NCBI RefSeq assembly: GCF_006345805.1
Contig: NC_043023.1
Location: 7,936,001-8,000,000 of the forward strand
Origin: Octopus sinensis
Lineage: Eukaryota
Length of the DNA: 64,000 bases
Reading direction: 5' to 3'
Position 1 is the stretch's first letter, and every line of letters begins with the position of its first letter. Shown here piece after piece: positions 1 through 10,204 of this stretch. Under the pieces are notes generated by a model. That model was not told the origin of the DNA, ran no database searches, and worked only from the letters and a program-made list of their open reading frames with translations. The translations under genes and the position numbers were made by a program.

Positions 1-75
1 TTTTTGAGGAATATCTTATGAGAGAATAAAGAAATAGGAATAATGAATAAAATGGTAAATTGAAATTTGTCGTCT
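1..75 (+). other. 3' end (double AATAAA) of an upstream zinc-finger paralog lying outside the window
   Basis: GAGAATAAAGAAATAGGAATAATGAATAAAA matches the poly(A) block downstream of each ZNF gene (35808-35840, 45440-45470, 52049-52080, 61911-61940). Confidence 0.65.
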
Positions 76-127
76 TCTTCTCCTTCTCTGTCCACAGCTT
101 GTCCAAGTAGCTTACACTGACCATAGA

Positions 128-410
128 ATGGTTAAGTGTAGACTGGACTTAGATAGTACAGTTAAGAGAGGATCCGGCTACTGGAAGCTGAACAAGTCTA
201 CTTTGACTTGTGAGGCATACCATAGCCAGATTGAGGAATTAGTACAGAGGGCGTTAATCGGCGCGGTGGTTAATAACCAATGGTGGTTCGCCCTGAAGAG
301 AGCCATTCGTTTTGAGTCTATTAGGTTTAGCCGTCAGCTAAGACTAAATAAGGCCAGAATAGAAGGGCAACTAGTTAAGGACCTAGAGGAGGCATTGAGG
401 TTGGGCAGAA
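128..410 (+). mobile_element. L1/Tx1-clade LINE ORF2 fragment (linker after the endonuclease)
   Basis: RGSGYWKLNKSTL...WWFALKRAIR matches the G.WKLN.S.L ... WW..K..I motif of Tx1/L1 ORF2; the ORF runs on into unrelated DNA. Confidence 0.7.
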
Positions 411-463
411 GCAAAACTTGTTATTACACAGTTACGCCTGTGCCTATAGAGATATCCTTTTCT

Positions 464-1109
464 GGATTTTTTTCCGTTTGACTGGCAGTTTTTTCTAGCG
501 GTGTCATATGAAATTGTCACCCATAATTATGACCCTAGTATCGATCTATTGCATTTCAATCTGTTTTAGGGTTAGGGTTAGTTAGGGTTAGGGTTAGGGG
601 TGGGGGAAAGGGTATCTTTTTTCTTCACAAATGTAAATAAACCCAATCTGTTTCTTAAACAAGGGACATATTCATATGGCACAGAATGTTTTCCCCTCAA
701 TAGATGTCACTGATTGGTTGAAATTGCCGAAATGCTTGAAATTAAAGTGGAAATATGTTATAACATATAGAATTTTCTCAATAATGCCAAGAAATAAATG
801 ATGTTTTATAAACACACTCTACCAGTATACGAAGTTTAAAAGTGTTTAGTTAACTAGAAATTGTGTTGACATGTGTCGTTCAAAAGGAAAAGATCTGAAT
901 GTTTTTTACCTCAATGGATGTCATTGATTGGTTGGAACTGCAGAAATTGAAGAAAAAGAACAAAAAATATCTTACAAACTATAGAATTTTCTCAATAAAG
1001 CCAAGAGAAAAAGATGTTTTATAAACACATTCTACCAGTATACGAAGTTTAAAATTTTTTAGTTACCTACAAATTATGTTAAAAACTGCCGTTCAAACTG
1101 AAAAGATCC
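464..1109. mobile_element. Merlin-like MITE with a second MITE right end nested inside (ending ~896)
   Basis: GGATTTTTTTCCGTTTGACTGGCAG ... CTGCCGTTCAAACTGAAAAGATCC termini; flanks CCTTTTCT/CCTTTTGG; internal (TTAGGG)-like run at 566-600. Confidence 0.75.
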
Positions 1110-1467
1110 CCTTTTGGGGAAGGGGTAATTTTGGCTGCTATTTCTTGCCAACTGAGCAAGAGGGGTCATAGCATAGAAAGACGGGTTACTTGTTGGTTGT
1201 TACCACTTCCAAATGGTCGTTGATCTCGGCAGCTCGTCAATGAATTCAGAAATAAAGACAGTTTAGGGAAAAGCAACAAAACGTCTACCAGCATCCATGA
1301 GTGACCTACATGGGCTCAAAGCAGCCATCAGCTGACACACATCGTGACAGCTGATTGGTCAAACTGGTTTTGTCGAAGTGACACAAGATAAGGGCAAACA
1401 GCACTTGTCTTGCAAGGAAAAAATCATTTTGCAGCCAAATTCTAGTTTAAGCACCTCATATAACTCT

Positions 1468-2556
1468 ATTATTTGTTTCAGTCATTGACTGTGGCCATGC
1501 TGGAGCACTGCCTTTAATCGAGCAAATCGACCCCAGGACTTATTCTTTGTAAGCCTAGTACTTATTCTATCGGTGTCTTTTGTCGACCCGCTAAGTATAC
1601 TCTTTTACTTGTTTCAGTCATTGACTGTGGCCATGCTGGAGCACTGCCTTTAATCGAGCAAATCGACCTCAGGACTTATTCTTTGTAAGCCTAGTACTTA
1701 TTCTATCGTTCTCTTTCGCCGAACCGCTAAGTTACGGGGATGTAAACACACCAGCATCAGTTGTCAAGTGATGTTGGGGAGACAAACACAGACACACAAA
1801 CATACACACGCATATATATACATATATATGTATACAGCAGGCTTCTTTCAGTTTCCATCTACCAAATCCACTCACAAGGCTTTGGTTGGCCCGAGGCTTT
1901 AGTAGAAGACACTTGCCCAAGGTGCCACACAGTGGGACTGAACCTGGAACCATGTGGTTGGTAAGCAAGCTACTTACCACACATCCTTACGTTCTGAGTT
2001 CAAATTCTGCTGAGGTCGAGTTTACATTTCATCTTTTCGGGGTCGATAAATTAAGTACCAGTTATGTTCTGGGGTTCATGTAATTGACTATCCCACTTCC
2101 CCATAATTGCTGGCCTTGAGCCAAAATTTGAAATCATTATCAAAAAAAAGGGATGCAAACACACCAGCATTGGTTGTCAAGCAATGTTGGAGGGGACAGA
2201 CACACACACACACACATATATACATATATATATATACGATGGGCTTCTTTCAGTTTCCGTCTACCAAATCCACTCACAAGGCTTTGGTTGGCCCGAGGCT
2301 ATAGTAGAAGACACTAGCCCAAGGTGCCACGCAGTGGGACTAAACCCGGAACCATGTGGTTGGTAAACAAGCTACTTACCACACAGCCACTCCTACACCT
2401 ATATATATACGACAGGCTTCTTTCAGTTTCCGTCTACCAATCCACTCACAAGGGCTTTGGTGGCCTGAGGCTATAGTAGAATACACTTGCCCAAGGTGCC
2501 ACGCAGTGGGCTGAACCCGAGACCATTGGTTGGTAACAACTACTTACCACACAGCC
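1468..2556 (-). mobile_element. Cluster of tRNA-derived SINE family S1 copies and fragments, with an S2 fragment at ~1987-2130
   Basis: Repeated reverse-strand matches to the full S1 copy at 38098-38478 (head GGAGTGGCTGTGTGGTAAG, B box GGTTCAGTCCC, tail GACTGAAACAAGTAAAAGAG). Confidence 0.85.
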
Positions 2557-2811
2557 TGTGAAAAATATTAATATATGTTAGAATGACAAAGACACAAGAA
2601 AGGTATCAGGTGGTCATGAGATATGCTAAAAACACCCACTAGTTACCTTCCTCGTTTCTTGGTCACTCTAACACGTATTGATGTCTTTCAATATCTTTCT
2701 CCCCATAAGCGCATTTAATTGAATGAGGATGCATCAAAGGGTGGTCCATTTCTAGGATTTAAGCAAAAAATTCAGCCTGTGCTTATTTCAAAAGTTTACT
2801 TTTTAAAAAAC

Positions 2812-3639
2812 CGGTGTCATATTAAAATGTCCCTGTTATTTATGAGAAAAAAGATACCCTGTGGCCATAAACTGAGGGGTCACTCGTAAACAGAGCTGGA
2901 TAACAAAACCGTTCCCTATTTAGTGTCCACCCATTATTATGATCCTAGTATCGATCTATTGCATTTCAATCTGTTTTAGGGTTGGGGGGGTAAGGAGTAT
3001 CTTTTTTTCTTCAGAACTGTGAATAAACACACAATCTGTTTTCTTAAAACGAATATATAATATGTAACAGGGACATTTTCATATGACGCCGCCATAAAAT
3101 GTTACGGCAGAAATTGAATTCACCTCAATAGATGTCTTTGATTGGTTGAAATTGCCGAAATGCAAGAAATTAAACAACAAATATGTTACAAACAACAGAA
3201 TTTTCTCAAGAAAGCCAAGAGAAAAAGATGTTTTATAAACACATTCTACCAGTATACGAAGTTTAAAATTTTTAGTTACCTAGAAATTATTTTAAAAATC
3301 TGCCGGTCAAAGTGAAAAGATCCAAAATTCAGGAAAGAGTAGGGGTTTTAGATTTGTTGGGATGGGAATTTAAAAAGTTTTTGAAAAAAAATTGCTCTTT
3401 TAATACGTATTAATTCCCGTGTGAACAATCAAAATTTGCAAAAATTTTCTTGTAATTCTAATAGATGCGAAATGCGAAACAAGAAATAAACAACAAATAT
3501 GTTACAAACAACAGAATTTTCTCAAGAAGCCAAGAGAAAAAAGATGTTTTATAAACACATTCTACCAGTATACGAAGTTTAAAATTTTTAGTTACCTAGA
3601 AATTATTTTAAAAATCTGCCGGTCAAAGTGAAAAGATCC
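2812..3639. mobile_element. Left-truncated long-TIR MITE (ends 3323) plus a tandem duplicate of its right end (ends 3639)
   Basis: The core at 2830-2935 is the reverse complement of the core of the MITE at 31594-32295; end CTGCCGGTCAAAGTGAAAAGATCC occurs twice, about 316 bp apart. Confidence 0.75.
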
Positions 3640-3798
3640 AAAATTCAGGAAAGAGTAGGGGTTTTAGGATTTGTTGGGATGGGAATTTAAAAAGTTTTTG
3701 AAAAAAATTGCTCTTTTATAATCGTATTAATTCCCGTGTGAACAATACAAATTTGCAAAAATTTTCTTGTAATTCCTAAAAATAATAATTAAAAAAAG

Positions 3799-4209
3799 GG
3801 ATCTTTTCGGTTTGAACGGCAGTTTTTTCTTGCGGTGTCATATGAAATTGTCACCCATAATTACGACCCTAGTATCGATCTATTGCATTTCATCTGTTTT
3901 AGGGGTAGGGTTAGGGGTGGGGGGAAGGGTCTTTTTTTTCTTCAGAAATGTAAAAAACCCAATCTGTTTCTTAAACGAGGGACATATTCATATGGCACAG
4001 AATGTTTTCATCTCAATAGACGTCATTGATTGGTTGAAATTGCAGAAATTGAAGAAAAACAACAAATATCTTAGAAACTATAGAATTTTCTCAATAAAGC
4101 CAAGAGAAAAAGATGTTTTATAAACACATTCTAGCAGTATACGAAGTTTAAAAGTGTTTAGTTACCTAGAAATTATGTTAAAAAACTGCCGTTCAAACCG
4201 AAAAGATCC
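3799..4209. mobile_element. Merlin-like MITE, full length (~410 bp)
   Basis: TIRs GGATCTTTTCGGTTTGAACGGCAGTTTTT / AAAAACTGCCGTTCAAACCGAAAAGATCC. Confidence 0.9.
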
Positions 4210-4431
4210 TGGTCCATTTCTAGGATTTAAGCAAAAAATTTGGCCTGTGCGTATTTCAAAAGTCTGCTTTTTAAAAAAAATTGGAAAAAGTAGGGGTTTT
4301 AGGATTTGTTGGAATGGGAATTTAAAAAGTTTTTGAAAAAATTGCTCTTTTATAATCGTATTATTTCCCGTGTGAACAATACAAATTTGCAAAAATTTTC
4401 TTGAAATTCCTAAAAATAATAATTAAAAAAG

Positions 4432-4855
4432 GGATCTTTTCTGTTTGAACGGCAGTTTTGTCTAGTGGTGTCATATGAAATTGTCACCCATAATTATGAT
4501 CCTAGTATCGATCTATTGCATTTCAATCTGTTTTAGGGTTAGGGTTAGGGGTGGGGGGAAGGGTATCTTTTTTTATTTTCAGAAATGTAAATAAACCCAA
4601 TCTGTTTCTTAAACGAGGGACATATTCATATGGCACAGAATGTTTTCACCTCAAATAAACGTCATTGATTGGTTGAAACTGCAGAAATTGAAGAAAAAAA
4701 CCAACAAATATCTTACAAACTATAGAATTTTCTCAATAAAGCCAAGAGAAAAAGATGCTTTATAAACAAACACATTCTACCAGTATACGAAGTTTAAAAG
4801 TGTTTAGTTACGTGGAAATTATTTTTAAAAACTGCCGTTCAAACCGAAAAGATCC
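4432..4855. mobile_element. Merlin-like MITE, full length
   Basis: Same TIRs; flanks TAAAAAAG / AAAAAAAG (8-bp TSD). Confidence 0.9.
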
Positions 4856-4904
4856 AAAAAAAGTTATGAGGTCCTGAAAACTGAATTCCGCCCTTTCTCC
4901 TATA

Positions 4905-5105
4905 GATGCAAGACCCTAAATTTTGAAGAAGTGGACAAGTCGACAACATTGACTCGAGTGCTCAGCTGGAACTTATCTTACCGACCGCGAAAGGATAAAA
5001 GGCAAAGTCACCCTCGGCGGAATTTGAACTCAGAACGTACAGAGCTGGAAGAACTGCTGTAGACACTTTGTACGGCGTGCTAACGATTCTGCCAGCTTGC
5101 CGATT
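4905..5105 (-). mobile_element. SINE family S2
   Basis: Reverse match to the S2 head CTGGCAGAATCGTTAGCACGCC...GAGTTCAAATTCCGCCGAGG and the CCTTTCATCCTTTCGGGGTCGATAA domain. Confidence 0.75.
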
Positions 5106-5184
5106 TTAACAGCTTCCAGCATTGTTCGGCTCCGCTCGGTAACACTCGGCATTTTACGGCGCGTCAAAGAAGAGCAGTAGCAGT

Positions 5185-6120
5185 CCTCCCCTTCCATCTT
5201 ATTCAGTTCTCACTGCTATTCTTGCTATAACTCTTTCTCTCTTTTTCTCTCTCACTCTCGCTCTCTCACTGTCTCTCTCTCTCTAGTTCTCTTACTGTCT
5301 CTCTCGCTCTCTCACTGTCTCTTTCTCTCTCTTCCTCTCGTTCCCCCCTCTAATTAATTTTCAATACATTTCCTTCTCACTACTCCTCTTTGGCCTTTCA
5401 TTCTTTTCTTTGACTTCCCCTCTTAATGAATTACTCTCTCAGCACTAAGTATCTTTCTAATTTACTTCTCACGTATATTCTCCGTTACTCTCCCTTACTC
5501 TAACTACCACTCTTTTTAAACGCTGTCCTGCTTTAGTTCTAGTCTCTACTTCTCTCTGTCTCTCTTTCACAACTATGTCTTTCTAATCCCCCTCTTACTT
5601 ACACTGTATATTTTTCACTGTGCCTATCACTCTCTCATAGCTTCCTCCTCTCTTCTTACAGACTGACCTGCTTTCTCTCTTTCTCCCATCTCTTCTCTCG
5701 CCCCTTTCTCTTTTTAATTGCTGACCTGCTTTTTCCCCCTCTCTCATACGCTCCATACCTTTCTCTCTAACTACTACTCCTTAACAAATTATCTCTCGAT
5801 CTAGTCTTTCTAATCCCCCTTCTCCGTATCTTCTATACATATCACTCTAACCACTCCTCATTTATTATCGCATAAATTCTCTTACCCTTTCTCTTTATTT
5901 CCTCCCCTTCATACACAGTTCCGTACCCCTCTTACTGTAACTATTAGTCTTTCTAACAAACTTTATGGCCAAACATTCTTTCGCTGTTCAACAGTTAATA
6001 AACCTGTTACTCTTTTAAATGTCTGACGGCGAACGACATTACTTTCCACTTAACAACTTTCATTTTCTATACTCTGTTCCACCAATATCGCTCTTTCTCT
6101 GTTTTTCGCCTTTGGCAAAC
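5185..6120 (+). repeat. Pyrimidine-rich low-complexity tract
   Basis: Strongly C/T-biased + strand with degenerate (CT)n and CTACT words. Confidence 0.7.
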
Positions 6121-6126
6121 ACACAC

Positions 6127-6153
6127 TGTCTGTCTGTCTGTTCCGTCCGTCTG

Positions 6154-6186
<33 letters not shown>

Positions 6187-6221
6187 ATTTCTTTCTTTCT
6201 TTCTTTCTTTCTTTCTATCTG

Positions 6222-6252
<31 letters not shown>

Positions 6253-6333
6253 ATCTGTCTATCTATCTATCTATCTTTCTTTCTATCTATCTTTCTTTCT
6301 ATCTGTCTATCGATCTATCTATCTGTCTATTTT

Positions 6334-6372
<39 letters not shown>

Positions 6373-6387
6373 CTATCTATCTATCTC

Positions 6388-6443
<56 letters not shown>

Positions 6444-6450
6444 CTCTTTC

Positions 6451-6505
<55 letters not shown>

Positions 6506-6640
6506 GTCTCTCTGTCTATCATATCTATCTGTCTATCTATCTATTGATTGATCGATCGATCTGTCTATCTTATCTATCCCTCTCCTTCCCCTTCCGCCCT
6601 CTCTCACTCATGTGTGTGTGTGTCTGTCTGTCTGTCTGTC
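6127..6640. repeat. (TCTA)n/(TCTT)n/(TCTG)n compound microsatellite
   Basis: Directly visible tetranucleotide repeats. Confidence 0.95.
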
Positions 6641-6829
6641 TTTTACTCGTTTCAGTCATCAGACTACTAACACGTTGGGTCACCACCCAGAAGAATTTTA
6701 GTCAAATAAATCGACGCAATACTTTAAAAAAATTTCTTAAAGCCTGCTACTTATTCTATCGGTTTCTTTAGCCGAACTGCTAAGTTACGGGGACATAAAC
6801 ACACCAACACCGGTTGTCAAGCAGTAGTG

Positions 6830-7773
6830 GATGAGGACCTCCTGCAGACCCTGATGGGACAAAATCCCATTGTAACTGTTGAGGAACTAGCAGAGGAGCT
6901 TGGATTTGGTCATTCAACCATTCATCAACACCTGCGTGCCATTAGAAAATGACCGTCTTTGGTTCCAAGACAAAAGGTGTTCTTCCATCAGGATAATGCT
7001 CAGCCACATACAGCAAGGATGACATTCCAAAGTTCCAAAGGCTGCAGCAGCTTGAATGGAAAACGATGCCCCATCCACCATATTCACCAGACATTGCCCC
7101 AGCCGGTTATCATTTATTCAGCAGTCTTCAAAATCATTTAGATTCTCTCTTTTACTCTTTCACTTGTTTCAGTCATTTGACTGTGGCCATGCTGGAGCAA
7201 CGCCTTTAGTCGAGCAAATCGACCCTGGAACTTATTCTTTGTGAGCCCAGTACTTATTCTATCGGTCTCTTTTGCCGAACTGCTAAGTGACGGGGACATT
7301 AACACACCAGCATCGGTTGTCAAGCAATGCTAGGGGGACAAACACAGACACAAACACACACATATATATATATACATATATACGACAGGCTTCTTTCAGT
7401 TGCCGTCTACCAAATCCACTCACAAGGCATTGGTCGGCCCGGGGCTATAGCAGAAGACACTTGCCCAAGATGCCACGCAGTGGGACTGAACCCGGAACCA
7501 TGTGGTTGGTTAGCAAGCTACTTACCACACAGCCACTCCTGCGCCTATGGAAAAGATATGAATTCTGTAGATGAGGTCAGAACAGTACTGGAGGAGTATT
7601 TTTCATCACAGACAAGTGAATTTTGGAAGAGGGGCCTTGCAAGTCTACCAGATAGATGGAAGAGCATTGTAGAAAATGAAGGAGAGTATATTTTAGATTA
7701 AAAAAGAACTTTTTCTTAATTTTCAAAAATGAAAGAAGTATAAAAAAAAAGCATTATTTATGGGGTGACAATA
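6830..7773 (+). mobile_element. Internally deleted mariner transposase relic interrupted by a SINE
   Basis: HTH-like VEELAEELGFGHSTIHQHL, then HQDNAQPH, then HPPYSPDIAP, then C-terminus FWKRGLASLPDRWKSIVENEGEYILD*; mariner-type right TIR remnant GCATTATTTATGGGGTGACAATA at ~7751-7773. Confidence 0.85.
7143..7545 (-). mobile_element. Full-length SINE S1 inserted in the mariner ORF
   Basis: Head GGCGCAGGAGTGGCTGTGTGG at 7545 through to the AAAAGAG tail; the mariner sequence ...NHLD|GKDM resumes across it. Confidence 0.9.
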
Positions 7774-7870
7774 TATTTTGGGGTAATTGGTTAAAATGTT
7801 CCCTGACCCCTGATTTAAATGGAGTAACTTTACATTAAGGAATGGAATGTTCAATTTACTGCAATTCACA

Positions 7871-8320
7871 CTACCTTATGGTCCCAGCTGACAAAATGGA
7901 AAAGGCATTGCTCCCAGAGTGGAGGCGCAATGGCCTAGTGGTTAGGGCAGCGGACTCGCAGTTGGAGGATTGCGGTTTCGATTCCCAGCCCGGGTGTTGT
8001 GTGTGTTTATTGAGCGAAAACACCTGAAAGCTCCACGAGGCTCCAGCAGGGGGTGGTGGTGATCCCTGTTGTACTCTTTCGCCCCAACTTTCTCTCACTC
8101 TCTCTTCCTGTTTCTTGAGTAACGCTGCAATGGACTGGCGTCCCCTTCAGCTGGGGGGAACACATATGCCACAGAAACCGGGAAACCAGGCCCATGAGCA
8201 TGGCTAGGCTTGTAAAGGGTGACAACGATTGCTCCCAGAGGATGGTGAGGGAGATGCACTGGAACAGCCACTGACTCATAGGGCCTGTATTTGTGGATAG
8301 CCATCTCTGCTCCAGTAGCT
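7871..8320 (-). mobile_element. CRE-clade-like (REL endonuclease) non-LTR retrotransposon C-terminal relic; probable upstream part at ~10014-10055
   Basis: After removing the SINE it reads STNTGP.SQWLFQCISLTIL / SNAFSILSAG (with a frameshift), like the LFQRIS.A..RGNA.SIL terminus of CRE elements; AETTG at ~10030-10045. Confidence 0.5.
7920..8227 (+). mobile_element. Full-length tRNA-derived SINE family S3 (V-domain-like core)
   Basis: A box TGGCCTAGTGG, B box GGTTTCGATTCC, core CTGCAATGGACTGGCGTCCC; 13-bp TSD ATTGCTCCCAGAG at 7907-7919 and 8228-8240. Confidence 0.9.
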
Positions 8321-8339
8321 TCTTCTTCTTCTTGTTTAA

Positions 8340-8503
8340 CACTAGTTCAGTCGGAGTGGTTGGCATTAGGAAGGGCATCCAGCTGTAGAATCTCTGCCAG
8401 ATCAGATTGAAGCCTGGCGCAGCCATCTGGTTTGCCAGTCCTCAGTCAAATCGTCCAACCCATGCTAGCATGGAAAGCGGACATTAAATGATGATGATGA
8501 TGA
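8340..8503 (+). mobile_element. 3' end of RTE LINE with (ATG)n tail; duplicated with the same 5' junction at 9842-10013
   Basis: Matches the 3' UTR that follows the RTE ORF at 52646-53502; both copies begin CACTAGTTCAGTCGGAGTGG. Confidence 0.8.
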
Positions 8504-8515
8504 TATATATATATG

Positions 8516-8548
<33 letters not shown>

Positions 8549-8572
8549 GTGTATATATATATGTATATATAT

Positions 8573-9165
8573 ATAATAGAAATATTAAAATAACTAAGTC
8601 TCTCTAAAAGAGAACAGCGGCAGCGTTCCCGGAAAATAATAGTTATCGCCATACTAATATGGCATTCTTATAAAAATAAGAAAAAAGCTGTCCGCTTATT
8701 AGCTCCATGAGGCCATCGCCTTAAGTTAGCTATTTGATACACAAACTGTATCCATATAACCTTCGAACAAGGGAGGTCAGTCGCTCCACACTACTTGACC
8801 GGCAGCTACAGACGCGTTTCGGAGTATTGCCCCTTTTCAATGCAGCGTAGCCAGCCAGTAGGTGTCGCTTCCGACAATCTCTGTTCGATGGTTTTATTTA
8901 CCTAGTTTCAGTGGAATACATCCACTTGTTTTCAATAATAGAAATATTAAAATAACTAAGTCTCTCTAAAAGAGAACAGCGGCAGCGTTCCCGGAAAATA
9001 ATAGTTATCGCCATACTAATATGGCATTCTTATAAAAATAAGAAAAAAGCTGTCCGCTTATTAGCTCCATGAGGCCATCGCCTTAAGTTAGCTATTTGAT
9101 ACACAAACTGTATCCATATAACCTTCGAACAAGGGAGGTCAGTCGCTCCACACTACTTGACCGGC
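8573..9165 (-). mobile_element. Penelope-like/retrozyme-like element: 362-bp unit plus a partial tandem copy
   Basis: 8573-8803 recurs at 8935-9165; contains a hammerhead motif; flanked by (TA)n. Confidence 0.7.
8805..8846 (-). ncRNA. Minimal type I hammerhead ribozyme, U3:A8 core variant
   Basis: Minus strand GCUGCA-UUGAAAA-GGGG-CAAUA-CUCC-GAAACGCGUC-UGUAGC: stem I GCUGCA/UGUAGC, stem II GGGG/CUCC, palindromic stem III ACGCGU, GUC cleavage triplet. Confidence 0.7.
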
Positions 9166-9608
9166 CCGAGACTATAGTAGAAGATACTTGCCCAAGGTGC
9201 CACGCAGTGGGACTGAACCCGGAACCATGTGGTTCGTAAGCAAGCTACTTACCACACAGCCACTCCTACGCCTATATATATCATCATTATTATTCAATAT
9301 CCACTTCTGTGCTTGCATGGCTCTCAATTTATTGAGGCCAATTTCCTGACTAAAGGCCCTTACTATCATCTATATATGCACACATCATATGTATAATATA
9401 TATGAATGTAAAGTGGTTGGAATTAGGAAGGGTGTCCAGCTACAGAACTATGCCAAGGCAGACACAGGAGCATGATACAGCCTTCAGACTTGTCACCCTG
9501 TCAAACCATACAAGCATGGAATGTGAATGTTAAGCGATGATGATACATAAGTTTTATATATATATATATATATATATACATGTGCATTTATAATTATATA
9601 TGATGAGA

Positions 9609-9814
9609 ATTGAAAAGGGGCAATACTCCGAAACGCGTCTGTAGCTGCCGGTCAAGTAGTGTGGAGCGACTGACCTCCCTTGTTCGAAGGTTATATGGAT
9701 ACAGTTTGTGTATCAAATAGCTAACTTAAGGCGATGGCCTCATGGAGCTAATAAGTGGACAGCTTTTTTCTTATTTTTATAAGAATGCCATATTAGTATG
9801 GCGATAACTATTAT
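9609..9814 (+). mobile_element. Inverted copy of the Penelope-like segment, starting at the hammerhead core
   Basis: Near-exact reverse complement of ~8636-8841. Confidence 0.85.
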
Positions 9815-10204
9815 ATATATATGTGTATACACATATACAACCACTAGTTCAGTCGGAGTGGTTGGCATTAGGAAGGGCATCCAGCTGTAGAATCTCTGCC
9901 AGATCAAATTGAAGCCTGGCGCAGCCATCTGGTTTGCCAGGCCTCAGTCAAATCGTCCAACCCATGCTAGCATGGAAAGCGGACGTTAAACAATGATGAG
10001 GATGATGATGATGAAGACCAAAGAAGGCCCAGTGGTCTCAGCTCTGGAGGCGGTGGCGGGGACTTATTTCCTCATTCGTAATATAAACAAGAATGCAATC
10101 AATAAACAAGACTACTGCTGAGTATTTAATGTTGCCTCCATCGTTAATAAATATTCTGTAATGCCATAGTTGTTATTATTAGCTGCTACAGTGGTTGTTA
10201 TTGC

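Noticed and set aside
566-600. Telomere or chromosome-fusion site suggested by TTAGGG runs
   Set aside because: The runs are short, degenerate and always inside MITE sequence.
3812-4392. Recurrent MKLSPII... ORFs (also 26530, 39393) as a transposase
   Set aside because: They are short frames in non-coding MITE sequence with no DDE motif and inconsistent stops between copies.
6019-6771. 250-aa ORF rich in LSIY
   Set aside because: It is the translation of the (TCTA)n microsatellite.
7920-7995. tRNA gene (likewise at 38098, 37560-37629, 57090-57160)
   Set aside because: A and B boxes are present, but they are SINE heads continuing into SINE bodies, and no complete cloverleaf is evident.
10055-10165. 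Possible minus-strand host exon (IFINDGGNIKYSAVVLF...)
   Set aside because: No recognisable domain, a weak acceptor, and no partner exons were found.
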